A DNA stretch of 63,745 nt, the filler included, from Welwitschia mirabilis (taxonomy: Eukaryota): assembly GCA_051453625.1 (NCBI GenBank). It is 5 parts of one record of this genome, joined end to end, with 100 filler letters (N's around TTAATTAATTAA, not from the genome) between each part and the next. Parts side by side here need not be neighbours in the genome. Positions count along the whole stretch, not along the records: positions 1 to 18,858 come from JBOZIK010000001.1; 4 more parts are not named here. One strand, written 5' to 3'. Positions 1 to 11,329 of the stretch are shown piece after piece (position 1 is the first letter of the stretch; the number at the start of each line of letters is the position of its first letter). The translations under genes were made by a program, and so were the position numbers. The notes beneath the pieces were generated by a model. It was not told where the DNA came from. It made no database searches and saw nothing but the letters and a program-made list of their open reading frames with translations.

Positions 1-659
1 CCATTAGATGTATTCCTATAATAGTCTCAACACAAGGTAAATTATCATAGATGAACATGAAAAATGCATCCTTCTTTACATCTCAATAAAGAAAATGTGC
101 TATTAGATACATAGGGATAAATTAGTAGCTGATAAAAAGTACTAGACTAATGCCTTTTTGAAAAAGTATCTAATATAATTCTCATAAACTAAATAATCAA
201 TGTTGTGGAGGATGATGTATAGCAAGAGGCATTAAATGTTTATAACAACAAAAAAGGAAAAGGAAACATCAACAAATATTTTCATCCTTTCTTAAAGCTA
301 AGTAATTATTATGGGAAGGTAGTCTACCCTAGTAGACATTCTTGCTAAAGTGGCTACCATCGTAGTCAAATTTATTTATGGAGGAGTCACTATAGCCTAG
401 AAACTAGTTTATGATACTCAAGAATGGAATGGAAGGTAAAAATAACAGGCAAAGATCTATAGCTAGAAGTTGAGGCTTGGAAGTAAGATATTGTTAAAAG
501 CCCTAAGAGAGCAGGGAGGTCATAGAATCAACTCCTTTGTAGTAAAACAACATTTTAATAAAGATTGTTAAGTAGTTACTTAAGTTTCTTTACAATTATT
601 GGATACAGTAAAGGTGATTTTATAAAATTTAATAGATGATGGCATTTAAAATGATCAGC

Positions 660-1270
660 TTTTACATCTACTATTTTCATATCTACATAATCTAGTGTCC
701 AGTAGAATGTTGCACTCACATATACCCTAATTCTATTCAACCATGCAAGTACACACTGTCTGTGAGTGAGATTTGAATTATTAAAATTTCTTGGCCTCTG
801 TGAGAAATAAATTGATAAGATTATGGTCTTTTGATTCTTGTTATTTCTTCACACAAAGAAACATGGTAATGGATTTCTTGACTTATATAGCTGGACATTA
901 TCTAAAAATTGTCATAATGTATTATGTGTTATTGAAAGTAGGCATTGAAAGGGCACTCAAACCCCATTGTTTATTTTTTATGTGTTTGATTATGAGTGTC
1001 TCATACATATATTACTAGAGTATATAAGACTTCCATTTAGAAATTCTAGCATCATGTCTAATAAATTTTTGACTTGCTTCTAGATTTTTCCATTCATAAT
1101 TCTCATCCATTATGTGTTTGTTGAAAGAATGGAATTAGTGATTCTTTAGCTATAGCCCCTATGAGCATGTACTTATCATCATCTCTATCTAGTGAGAATA
1201 GTTTTACAAGACTTAGTATGTTTATTTTTGGAAAGAAAACGCTTGATTGGTGAAAGAATCCATAGTATGC
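660..1270 (-). mobile_element. Possible very degraded LINE 3' region (zf-RVT-like)
   Basis: Minus strand reads ..ITHNTL..LDNVQ..PCF/CVKK*QESKDHNL, loosely resembling the zf-RVT motif (HN.L.T.DNL..C..C...ES.DH). There are many stops and frameshifts. Confidence 0.25.
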
Positions 1271-1275
1271 TTAGA

Positions 1276-1331
1276 AAAGTCAGTGTTGATGTTGCATTTT
1301 CTTAAAGTCAGTGTTGATGTTGCATTTTCTT
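1276..1331. repeat. Perfect 28-bp tandem duplication (AAAGTCAGTGTTGATGTTGCATTTTCTT x2)
   Basis: Directly visible: 1276-1303 equals 1304-1331. Confidence 0.9.
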
Positions 1332-1837
1332 ACTTAATAACTAACTTATCATGCATTTCATGTGCACTTTTTCCTTATGAATTCTTATGGACTTTCTGGC
1401 TACATGGTGAATCATTCTGCATTGCCTATTTGACCCCTGAGCAAACAAAATTTTATGCCCTTATTTTGCATATTAGAACTTCAAATGGATTTAAAAGTTT
1501 CCTAAAATTTTTACATGATTTAGGATAGGCCACAACATAACTATTTAAAAGTAAAGAATAGGACGTGAAGGATGCCTTCAAAATGTTAACTTATACATTT
1601 GTAACTACAATAGAATAAGAAAGAACAATTCCTTCAGAATTCTTATATTCCATTGGTCATGTAGACCTCTTAAAAATGTGAGTTTTGAGAAGAAAGATTT
1701 AATTTTCTAAAATTAACTTGAAGCCTAAATTAAAGGCTACAATTCACCAGTTATGCTATAGGCTATGTAGCCACACTACCTGAACTTTAATAGCATTATA
1801 TAAAAATTTTTTAAAAAAAAAATTTAAAGGATGAAGA

Positions 1838-2425
1838 ATGTTTAGCAGGCATTAGATATGCTTTGATAGCACTTGGGCTAACTATTGCTATCTTCGCAAA
1901 TGTTATTACCAAAAACCCATTTTTGATTTCCATAGTTCTTACCAGTTCTCTGGTATAGTTCATAAGCCTTATAATTCTCGTAGGCATATGGAGAGGCTTT
2001 CTTCCAATTAGCTCTTTTGTTTGGCCTTTTGCATTACTTTTAACAACATCCATTATCATACAAGAAGGACTTCAGCTTTTATGTTGGAAGTTTTATAAGG
2101 AAGTGGAGGCAATTCTGAATGCTTTTGCTTAGAAGATGGCAAAACCATAGTTTCTTCTCATGGATAAGATGTAGATTTCACTTGTTAGTGGTTTAGGACA
2201 TGGCATATCTTATGCCGTTTTTTCCTACCTAAGTCTAGCTACTCCAGCTTTTGCATCAACGACATTTTATGTCAACAACTATAAACAAATGCCATTCTTC
2301 CTTATTACAGCTCTGATTTCTCTTAGATTTTTGTTAACCCATATATTCTTCATGGTGATTGTGTAGTAGGGGTTCCACTAATCTTATGTACTATTGCTTT
2401 GACTATCTATTACACTATATAAATG
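1838..2425 (+). pseudogene. APH1: Gamma-secretase subunit APH1-like pseudogene, intronless, with in-frame stops and an internal deletion
   Basis: Manual translation from 1842 gives [121 protein letters not shown], then after a frame change CVVGVPLIL. This is colinear with recalled plant APH1 (AAGIGYALVALGP..KPFLIL..QEGLR..DKLQIALAGGLGHGVAHAVF..TPAFGPATFYV..GCVIGVPLL). Confidence 0.9.
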
Positions 2426-4619
2426 CCCCAAAGTGTCCAAACATGTGCACTTAGCTTACTCAGCTTTATTGCATTAGAGTTTGGTAGTTGTATATAGTGT
2501 TGAAATTTTCCTAAAACCTTTATGAAAGTGCAGTTAAAAAGGAAGCTAGGTTAACATAAAATCAAGGCAATATCATATACTAAGCCATTTTTATTTTCTT
2601 TAGAATAACAAGGTTATTGTAGTCAAATGAAAATTAACAAAGAGGGTATCTAATTCATTAGCAACAGTTACAGATAATATTCATTATTTAACTTAAGAAT
2701 TTAATTCCAAACATTTTCCTAGATCTATAAACTACCTTGTACTTAAGAACCTTCACAACATCTGATGAAACAAAAAGAATGTTTTTAGGCTTTAAATCCA
2801 TGTAAACTAGATTTAGCTCATGCATATCTGCCATATGTCAGTGGTAATAGTAGGGAAGTTGAAATCCTTAGGAGAATTTGATATGAGTATTTACAAAATG
2901 TAAGAGGTTCTTATCATCTTTTGCTATTTCATATCTTTAGTTGGCTTGTTCACCTATAGTGTCTTAGGTATTCTTAAAGGTTTCACTAGCTTTTTGCTTA
3001 GTAGAATAAAAGGCCTTTTTTGAGGATGTAATAGGCTTACTTCCCTTTTTCTATGTAGTTTCTTTTTCTTTTTTCTTGCTTTCTCTGCTGTGTAATACAC
3101 ACCCCTTGTAGTAGCATCTTAAGACAGGGTTTAAGCCCAATGGTTGCATGTATAGTAGAGACATATATTTATGGTTCTCGATAGTGTAAGAGATTGGATT
3201 ATTTTATTACTCTAATGGAACAAGGAAATCCCAATTCAAACTTAAAGACCTAGAATGATTTAGTACCTAGTAACTGACACTTGCTATATAATACAAGACG
3301 ATGTATTAGATTAACATTTTAACAAGCTTCTTTAATAATTTTAACTTGAAATGTCATCCTTCACTTTTAGCCCATAAAAAATGAAAAGATGCAAATTTTC
3401 TATGATTTATAATATTACTTTCAATATTATGATTGACCTCCACTAGCCTCATAATAAGGTAGGTAAAATGGAAAGGTTGAAAGTGTGGTCTATTTTAGAA
3501 TTTATTGCAAGAGCAAGAATATACCAAATTGAGCCAGAAACAATACCACCAAAACTAGTGTATAAAGAAAATATAATGATATACAAAACTAAGCCAAAAA
3601 TATATTTCAACTAATGTTTTACTTTAAAAAAATAAATGGGTAAAGAATCTTGCCTCTAAATGATCTTGGTATACTTGAACATGTTGAACATAATAATGCC
3701 TTAAAATCTCCTATATTCATAATTAAAATATATCTATCAATCTTTAAGATAATCGTTGTTATTATTCTAGATTGTAAATTTCTTTGTAAGGCCTCTTATA
3801 AAGTAGTAAAGACATACCATCAAACATATTAGATCAAAAGCAAAATGCTTCGCAAGAAACATGTTATGATGCTATATAGATAATAATATTTTAATTTGAG
3901 ATTTGGATTATAAAAAACCTATGAGATATCAACAAATCTAAAACATATGCAATAAAGTATTGTTAATATATGAAAACACATTTGATTGCTAATGAGTAAA
4001 AATGTGAGCACCAAATTTAAAGAAGTATTCCTTAGCACCATGATTTATCCATCATCAAGTGTGAATTGAATTAAAAAGGTATGAAACTAGTCAGTTTGTA
4101 CTTTAAGAATATCTCTACTATATAATAGAAGACTATAGAAACGTGTTAAAGAATAAAATTACAAGAAATAATAAATACACCATGCTATATACACATTGAC
4201 ATCAAATATTTAGCTTTGACAATTAATTAGTTAAATATGAATTTGACTAATTTCAATTACTTGATCATGTTAATACCAAAAACCCATCCACTACTTCAAG
4301 GGAATATTTTCCTAATTGAATCTCATATTGAGAGCTCTTCACTCTACCAATTAAGTAATCTATCCTACCCAATTATTTTTATCATTTTATTATTAATCTG
4401 AGGAGGAAAAACATTTTACAAACCTAACATAGTAGTGGGACAGGCTACGCATGTAAGAATATATACTACTAAAGGAGGACACTAGATAATTGATAAAACT
4501 ACTCAACAAGTTATCCATGAACTTTGCATCTATTTTCTTGAAGAGGAAACGTAATGTTTTTGTATTTGCATACACTTTATTGCCACTACTTTAAACTCCT
4601 AATACAACATTAGATTTGT

Positions 4620-5130
4620 GAAGGAGAGGATTAGGACAAAGAAATAATCACTCAAGTGGACCCAAGCATGCATAATCATAGTACCATGGGTTAGAGGAGT
4701 TAGCTAGATGTTCAAAATCAAGATAAAAAGAACCATTAAAAACTTGGAATTATAGACATTATATGCTATATTAACCCACTAAAAAAAAGCAAAACCTCTT
4801 CGGAAGTGAGGAATCGTAGGTGGCAAATGTGAGGCTTAGAAAAAGTATCCAACCCTTGCACAACAAGCTCCATTTCTTTTCGAAGAGAAGGACGACTTAG
4901 TCTCTAATATTTAAAGACTTAAGTACATATGTGAAGATTATCAACATTATGAAAAAGTTAACTAAAGAATATAGATTCTCTGGGAATGGACTATGAAATA
5001 GATTTAACCAATAAAACCATAGACCAAATATTGAACATTGAAGCAAAATAACATTTCTTACTTGAACAAATGAGGAAGGTAATGGGGTTCGAGGCTTGAA
5101 TAAGAAGGCAGCCCAACCCAAACACACCAT
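4620..5130 (+). mobile_element. Degraded CACTA TnpA-like (Ptta/En/Spm, Transposase_24) remnant
   Basis: NHSSGPKHA (~4650) and EEGNGVRGL (~5071-5097) resemble the H.tGsKS and E..GRVRG.G motifs. They lie immediately before CACTA subterminal repeats. Confidence 0.35.
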
Positions 5131-5399
5131 TCTCTAGTTTTCCCTTTGCTCAACAATTTTATAGAGCTTTCAATCCCTTTCTTATATGATGATTCTCTAG
5201 GAGAGGAATTACCTAAAAAACATAAAGAATAACTTGGAGAGTTGATTCTCAATGCACAGAATCATAACATGGAGGGTCAATTCTCAATGCACAGAGCTTG
5301 CATAGTTCATTTTTGCAAAAAATGTGTATCTAGATCATTTTATTTTTTGCAAGGACATGTGACTTTTTTTTTTGGTTAGTTTTAAACCTAGCTATTATA

Positions 5400-5630
5400 G
5401 CATTTATTTCATTAAATGCATTAAAAGCTCAACATTTTTAAGGCATTTTTTTATAAATGCCTTAAAAAGAGTTTGATAAGGGCTTTTAATGGGTTTATTT
5501 TAAAAGAATACCTTGAAAATATTATTATTGTTTTTGTTCAAGACATTTATTAAGATGAATACCTTAGAAAGCCTTATAATTAAGGAGTTTATTTAAATAA
5601 ATGCCTTAAAAGTCTATTTTTCTTGAAGTG
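5400..5630 (+). mobile_element. Right end of a CACTA element: subterminal repeats plus TIR
   Basis: Multiple AAATGCCTTAAAA / TTTTAAGGCATTT repeats end in TTTTCTTGAAGTG (5630). The gap-flanking duplicate at 6455-6467 has canonical TTTTCTTGTAGTG (reverse complement CACTACAAGAAAA). Confidence 0.8.
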
Positions 5631-6649
5631 GATGTTCTTTTTTAATAATGCAAAACCAATTTTATTTTTATTTCAATTCCTAAGTAAGATTATAATTGGA
5701 ATGCTTAGGTAACTCCTTTAACTATAAAGTTTATTATAGTTGTGTAAATCCACATTTATCACTTAGTATTTTAATTTCATAGATCTTGAGTACTTTAGGA
5801 GTCCTTACTTTCTANNNNNNNNNNNNNNNNNNNNNNNNNNNNNNNNNNNNNNNNNNNNNNNNNNNNNNNNNNNNNNNNNNNNNNNNNNNNNNNNNNNNNN
5901 NNNNNNNNNNNNNNNNNNNNNNNNNNNNNNNNNNNNNNNNNNNNNNNNNNNNNNNNNNNNNNNNNNNNNNNNNNNNNNNNNNNNNNNNNNNNNNNNNNNN
6001 NNNNNNNNNNNNNNNNNNNNNNNNNNNNNNNNNNNNNNNNNNNNNNNNNNNNNNNNNNNNNNNNNNNNNNNNNNNNNNNNNNNNNNNNNNNNNNNNNNNN
6101 NNNNNNNNNNNNNNNNNNNNNNNNNNNNNNNNNNNNNNNNNNNNNNNNNNNNNNNNNNNNNNNNNNNNNNNNNNNNNNNNNNNNNNNNNNNNNNNNNNNN
6201 NNNNNNNNNNNNNNNNNNNNNNNNNNNNNNNNNNNNNNNNNNNNNNNNNNNNNNNNNNNNNNNNNNNNNNNNNNNNNNNNNNNNNNNNNNNNNNNNNNNN
6301 NNNNNNNNNNNNNNNNNNNNNNNNNNNNNNNNNNNNNNNNNNNNNNNNNNNNNNNNNNNNNNNNNNNNNNNNNNNNNNNNNNNNNNNNNNNNNNNNNNNN
6401 NNNNNNNNNNNNNTAATTAAGGAGTTTATTTAAATAAATGGCTTAAAAGTCTATTTTTCTTGTAGTGGATGTTCTTTTTTAATAATGCAAAAGCAATTTT
6501 ATTTTGATTTCAATTCATAAGTAAGATTATAATTGGAATGCTTAGGTAACTCCTTTAACTATCAAGTTTATTATAGTTGTGTAAATCCACATTTATCACT
6601 TAGAATTTTAATTTCATAGATCTTGAGTACTTTAGGAGTCCTTACTTTC

Positions 6650-9600
6650 TATTATTATTTTAAGGCTAAAGTGATAATTGAATTCATCATTTATCATATG
6701 ATGAATGAGATTTCTATGAATTAGATAAAAAGTACTTAATGGTTTTTACTATTTTGTAGGAAGACAATTGGACAACATTAGAGTGAAGAATTACTTAGGA
6801 CAAATCGACAATACCTTAGAACTACTTTGCTTTCCTTCTCTCTAAAACAAATTTTAACTTAACTCTAAACTTCATCATTTTCCTTTATTTCTTTAATTTA
6901 TAACTTGCATTAAGATTAAATTTAGTGCAATTCTAAATCTAAACCCATGTTATTCCCAAGGAAGAATGGTACTAAGTGTTTCACTTAATTTAAACCTAGA
7001 TATTATACTATAGTAAATAGATTTTAACATCGTTGCTAGGGATAATAACACAGTAGTAGCTTAGAGGAGTACTAGTTTTTCTTTTTGCAAGTTTTACTTA
7101 TTTTTATTTCTTGAGTGTTAGGTATTGCTCCTTTTTCCAGTGATACCCAAACTAGTCATTTTTCTTTTTCTTTGTGTTTTACGTTTTCTTTTCAATGATT
7201 GGTATTGATCCTTCTAGGTGTTATTTGAACTAGTCTAGCTTGTTTTAAAGTTTGTTTTTGATTGTTTTCTAACTTTTTTTTTGTAAGTCTAACATCTTTT
7301 TACAAGTTATTAACTTTTAATTAACTAAATATTGCATTTTGTGCTTTTCTTTTCTTGCTGCATTTTTTTGCATTTTTTTGTTTTTATTTTTGCACTTTCA
7401 CTGCATTCTTCAAACCTTTGAAAACTTTAAAAATTTTCCATGATTTTAATAATGTTGGGTGTGATTTTATTCACAATTGTTATTTTTGTTTACTTTTTCT
7501 GCAACCCTGTTACTCAAAACACTTTGCGTGAACACTGCGAGAATCTCTATAAAAGCTAAACCTATTCTTAGCAACTTGTTTGATGTCGCCACCTTCCCTC
7601 ATTAGCGTTGTCATCTTTTTAGTCCAAGTAATTATTAATTTCTAATAGAACCTTTTGTGTAACCTTGGAAACCCAACTATCTTGTAGTCTCTAAAAACAT
7701 TCTTCTATTTCTTACCTAAAAACCTTCTGATCTTCTTCTTGCATGACATGGACCCATGATAAAACTAGAAGACTAATCCAAAAAAACATGGACCTTTATA
7801 AAGATCATAAAAGATTGCAAGAAATTAGAAACTAACCTNNNNNNNNNNNNNNNNNNNNNNNNNNNNNNNNNNNNNNNNNNNNNNNNNNNNNNNNNNNNNN
7901 NNNNNNNNNNNNNNNNNNNNNNNNNNNNNNNNNNNNNNNNNNNNNNNNNNNNNNNNNNNNNNNNNNNNNNNNNNNNNNNNNNNNNNNNNNNNNNNNNNNN
8001 NNNNNNNNNNNNNNNNNNNNNNNNNNNNNNNNNNNNNNNNNNNNNNNNNNNNNNNNNNNNNNNNNNNNNNNNNNNNNNNNNNNNNNNNNNNNNNNNNNNN
8101 NNNNNNNNNNNNNNNNNNNNNNNNNNNNNNNNNNNNNNNNNNNNNNNNNNNNNNNNNNNNNNNNNNNNNNNNNNNNNNNNNNNNNNNNNNNNNNNNNNNN
8201 NNNNNNNNNNNNNNNNNNNNNNNNNNNNNNNNNNNNNNNNNNNNNNNNNNNNNNNNNNNNNNNNNNNNNNNNNNNNNNNNNNNNNNNNNNNNNNNNNNNN
8301 NNNNNNNNNNNNNNNNNNNNNNNNNNNNNNNNNNNNNNNNNNNNNNNNNNNNNNNNNNNNNNNNNNNNNNNNNNNNNNNNNNNNNNNNNNNNNNNNNNNN
8401 NNNNNNNNNNNNNNNNNNNNNNNNNNNNNNNNNNNNNNNNNNNNNNNNNNNNNNNNNNNNNNNNNNNNNNNNNNNNNNNNNNNNNNNNNNNNNNNNNNNN
8501 NNNNNNNNNNNNNNNNNNNNNNNNNNNNNNNNNNNNNNNNNNNNNNNNNNNNNNNNNNNNNNNNNNNNNNNNNNNNNNNNNNNNNNNNNNNNNNNNNNNN
8601 NNNNNNNNNNNNNNNNNNNNNNNNNNNNNNNNNNNNNTGTTGCTGCTAACCAACCTAGGAAAAACCTTCATGACTACTGCTTATTGTAAATCCTAGGAAC
8701 ACCTCTTGAATAATGCCATTACCCATTAACTAGAGGCTAGAATTCAAATCTTTCATGATCCAATTCTTGTTTCACTTTCATGGATTAGAGTCTAAGGACT
8801 TATACCTCCATCTCAAAGAATTTAAGTGTGTTCTATCAATCATTCCTTAGTACCTTAACACTTATGATGCACTTAGATTGACCTTATTTCCCTTTTCCTT
8901 GAAAGAAAAGGTGACATCTTGGTTATATATCCTTAATCCTTCTCCATTACAAATTGGATGAACCTAAGTAAAGCTTTCATTTCCAAATTCTCTCCTAATT
9001 AGAAGACAAATGCCCTTAGAAAGGAAATAATGAATTTTCAGTAGAAGGATTACAAACTTTTTCTAAGACCTTAGAAAGATTTAAAGGCCTATTATTATAA
9101 TGCCCCCAACATGGTTTTGAACTAAGTAGCGAGATAAGTTTCTTCTATGATGGATTGTCCATAAATAATCACCAACTAGTTAAGATAATAAGCTAAGGTA
9201 GTTTTTTAAGCATGCCCCTAGACAAGATTTAAAAGTACTTACAAAGTGTAGCTGATGGCTCAAAAAATTAGGAAAATCCTACTAAACCTGCAAGATCTCA
9301 CTATTTTATTAGGTCAACAAGTATTTTTAAAATTCTAGAAAACTTCGAGATGAATAATAAAATAGATAAACTAGTAAGAAAGTTAGAATTATTAACCACC
9401 TCATCATTGATCTCATTTATGATTACTAAGCTTGAATGTTTAATCTGCCATATTGACACTCATAAAACCGATAAATGCCTATTTATTTCTTTGTTCCAAA
9501 ACATAGTTAATAAATAAGTGAATGCGGTAGGCCATTAATGGAAAAATCCTAAAAATAACTCATACTTGAACACTTAAATTCCTCACTGACAAAATCCTCT

Positions 9601-10386
9601 AAATTTTTCTTAGAAATAAGAAAATATCCTACAACAAAATTTCAGCCTAAAAATTTGTTTCCCTCATCCTCCAATTCATCTAAACCATTGGAGAAAACTC
9701 TCAAAAAGTTCATGGAAATAGAAACACAAATAAATCATGACTTAAATAAAGCATAAACTAACTCCAACAAATCACCATCCACATCCCTTCATCAATTAAA
9801 CAAAGAGAATCAAGGAAAATCCCCATGAGTGCCTAACGAAACCCTAAAGAAAATAAGTTTATGAAAGGGGTATAACAGTTAAAAGAAACTAAGTCTATTC
9901 GTAGTAGCTTTGTAGTGATTCAGATTTAAACTAAGCAAAACATTNNNNNNNNNNNNNNNNNNNNNNNNNNNNNNNNNNNNNNNNNNNNNNNNNNNNNNNN
10001 NNNNNNNNNNNNNNNNNNNNNNNNNNNNNNNNNNNNNNNNNNNNAAAATTTCAGCCTAAAAATTTGTTTCCCTCATCTTCCAATTCTTACCATTCATCAT
10101 TAAACCATCAAATAACTTCATCTAAACCATTGGAGAAAACTCTCAAAAAGTTCATGGAAATGGAAACACAAATAAATCATGACTTAAATAAAGCATAAAC
10201 TAACTCTAAAAAATCACCATCCACATCCCTTCATCAATTAAACAAAGAGAATCAAGGAAACTCCCCATGAGTGCCTAACAAAACCCTAAAGAAAATAAGT
10301 TTATGGAAGGGTTATAATAGTTAAAAGAAACTAAGTCTATTCGTAGTAGCTTTGTAGTGATCCAGATTTAAACTAAGCAAAACATT
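6650..10386 (+). mobile_element. Truncated Athila-like Ty3/gypsy element (LTR remnant, PBS, long 5' UTR, gag)
   Basis: Decayed tRNA-Asp PBS TAACATCGTTGCTAGGGA at 7025-7042 (canonical TGGCGCCGTTGCCGGGGA; all differences are transitions). Gag from ~8740 reads EFKSFMIQFLFHFHGLESKDLYLHLKEF..ALRLTLFPFSLKEKVTSWL..KTNALRKEIMNFQ..CPQHGFE. Confidence 0.8.
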
Positions 10387-11329
10387 TAGTATCATTATTT
10401 CATAGGAAAATAGGAGGTAAACTAAACAAAAGTACACAATTATTCTAATTTTCCATGAAAACTCAAACAAAATAAAATCAGAAAGTTTAAGAAAAAGTGA
10501 TTGTTAGTTGATTATGTAAGGGAGTGAAATGCTCCAAAGGTCTAATTGCTTCATCCTTTACTTCACGTTCACTCCAATGATTCTTGTATCCTAAAACATA
10601 CACTAAATTATTAAGTCATTAAGTCTCAGCATGGAGGCATTATCTCATCCACTATAGGAGTGTTGATGGGTTATTTCATCCTCCTGGTATTTCATATCCC
10701 TTTATAAGCACAAAAAGTATGAACTGAAGTGTATAAGATCTATCTAATAATAGGAATTATAAATCACAAAAGTAACTTCAAATAACTCACATGATTTAAA
10801 AGAACTTGATAATTAAGTAAGCTTTATCTAAATATTGCTAAGACCATTTTAATATGCATTAATAACAAAAGAATAAAACCTACTTTAAGAACTAATCCTA
10901 TCTAAACATTGCTAGTACCAACTAAAATTGTGCTTTCATAAAAGGTTTTAAACCAATTCTTGATTAAGACTAAAAGAAATTAAACATTATATCAAATGGA
11001 GAAGGTAAATAAAAAGAACTCCTTAACTAGCCTCAGATCATTTTAACCCCAAGGAAGAGTGTTTAAGCATTATGATGTCCTACCCTCCAAGTCTTCTCCA
11101 CATTAAGCCAACCAAAAGACATTTACAATGGGGAGCCAAGGCCCTTTTATAAATGAGGGAAGGAGTTTGGAGTCTTGCATTAAGTGTCATCTTATATGTT
11201 AAGTAGGCTGTTATATAAGAGAGGGATTATAATGGAAATCTACTTAAGAAGAAAGTTATAAACATTTGGCATGTAGCCATAAAGAAGATTCCTTCATCTT
11301 CAAGTGTAAGCATGACGATGACGCATTTA

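Noticed and set aside
1811-2059. Minus-strand 82-aa ORF
   Set aside because: Antisense shadow of the APH1 pseudogene.
5578-6651. Direct repeat 5578-5814 / 6414-6651 (two CACTA ends)
   Set aside because: Near-identical copies directly flank a gap, which is typical of unmerged overlapping or allelic contig ends.
7025-7042. tRNA-like sequence
   Set aside because: Only a primer-binding site complementary to a tRNA 3' end. No tRNA or rRNA gene was seen in the window.
5786-8671. Long ORFs in the track composed of X residues (also 17575-18241, 28197-29204, 44652-45062, 62131-62928)
   Set aside because: Artefacts of translating N gaps.
9637-10386. ~310-340 bp duplication across the gap (similar cases at 17622/17969, 48338/48480, 50389/50527)
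   Set aside because: Gap-flank redundancy, most likely an assembly or haplotype artefact.
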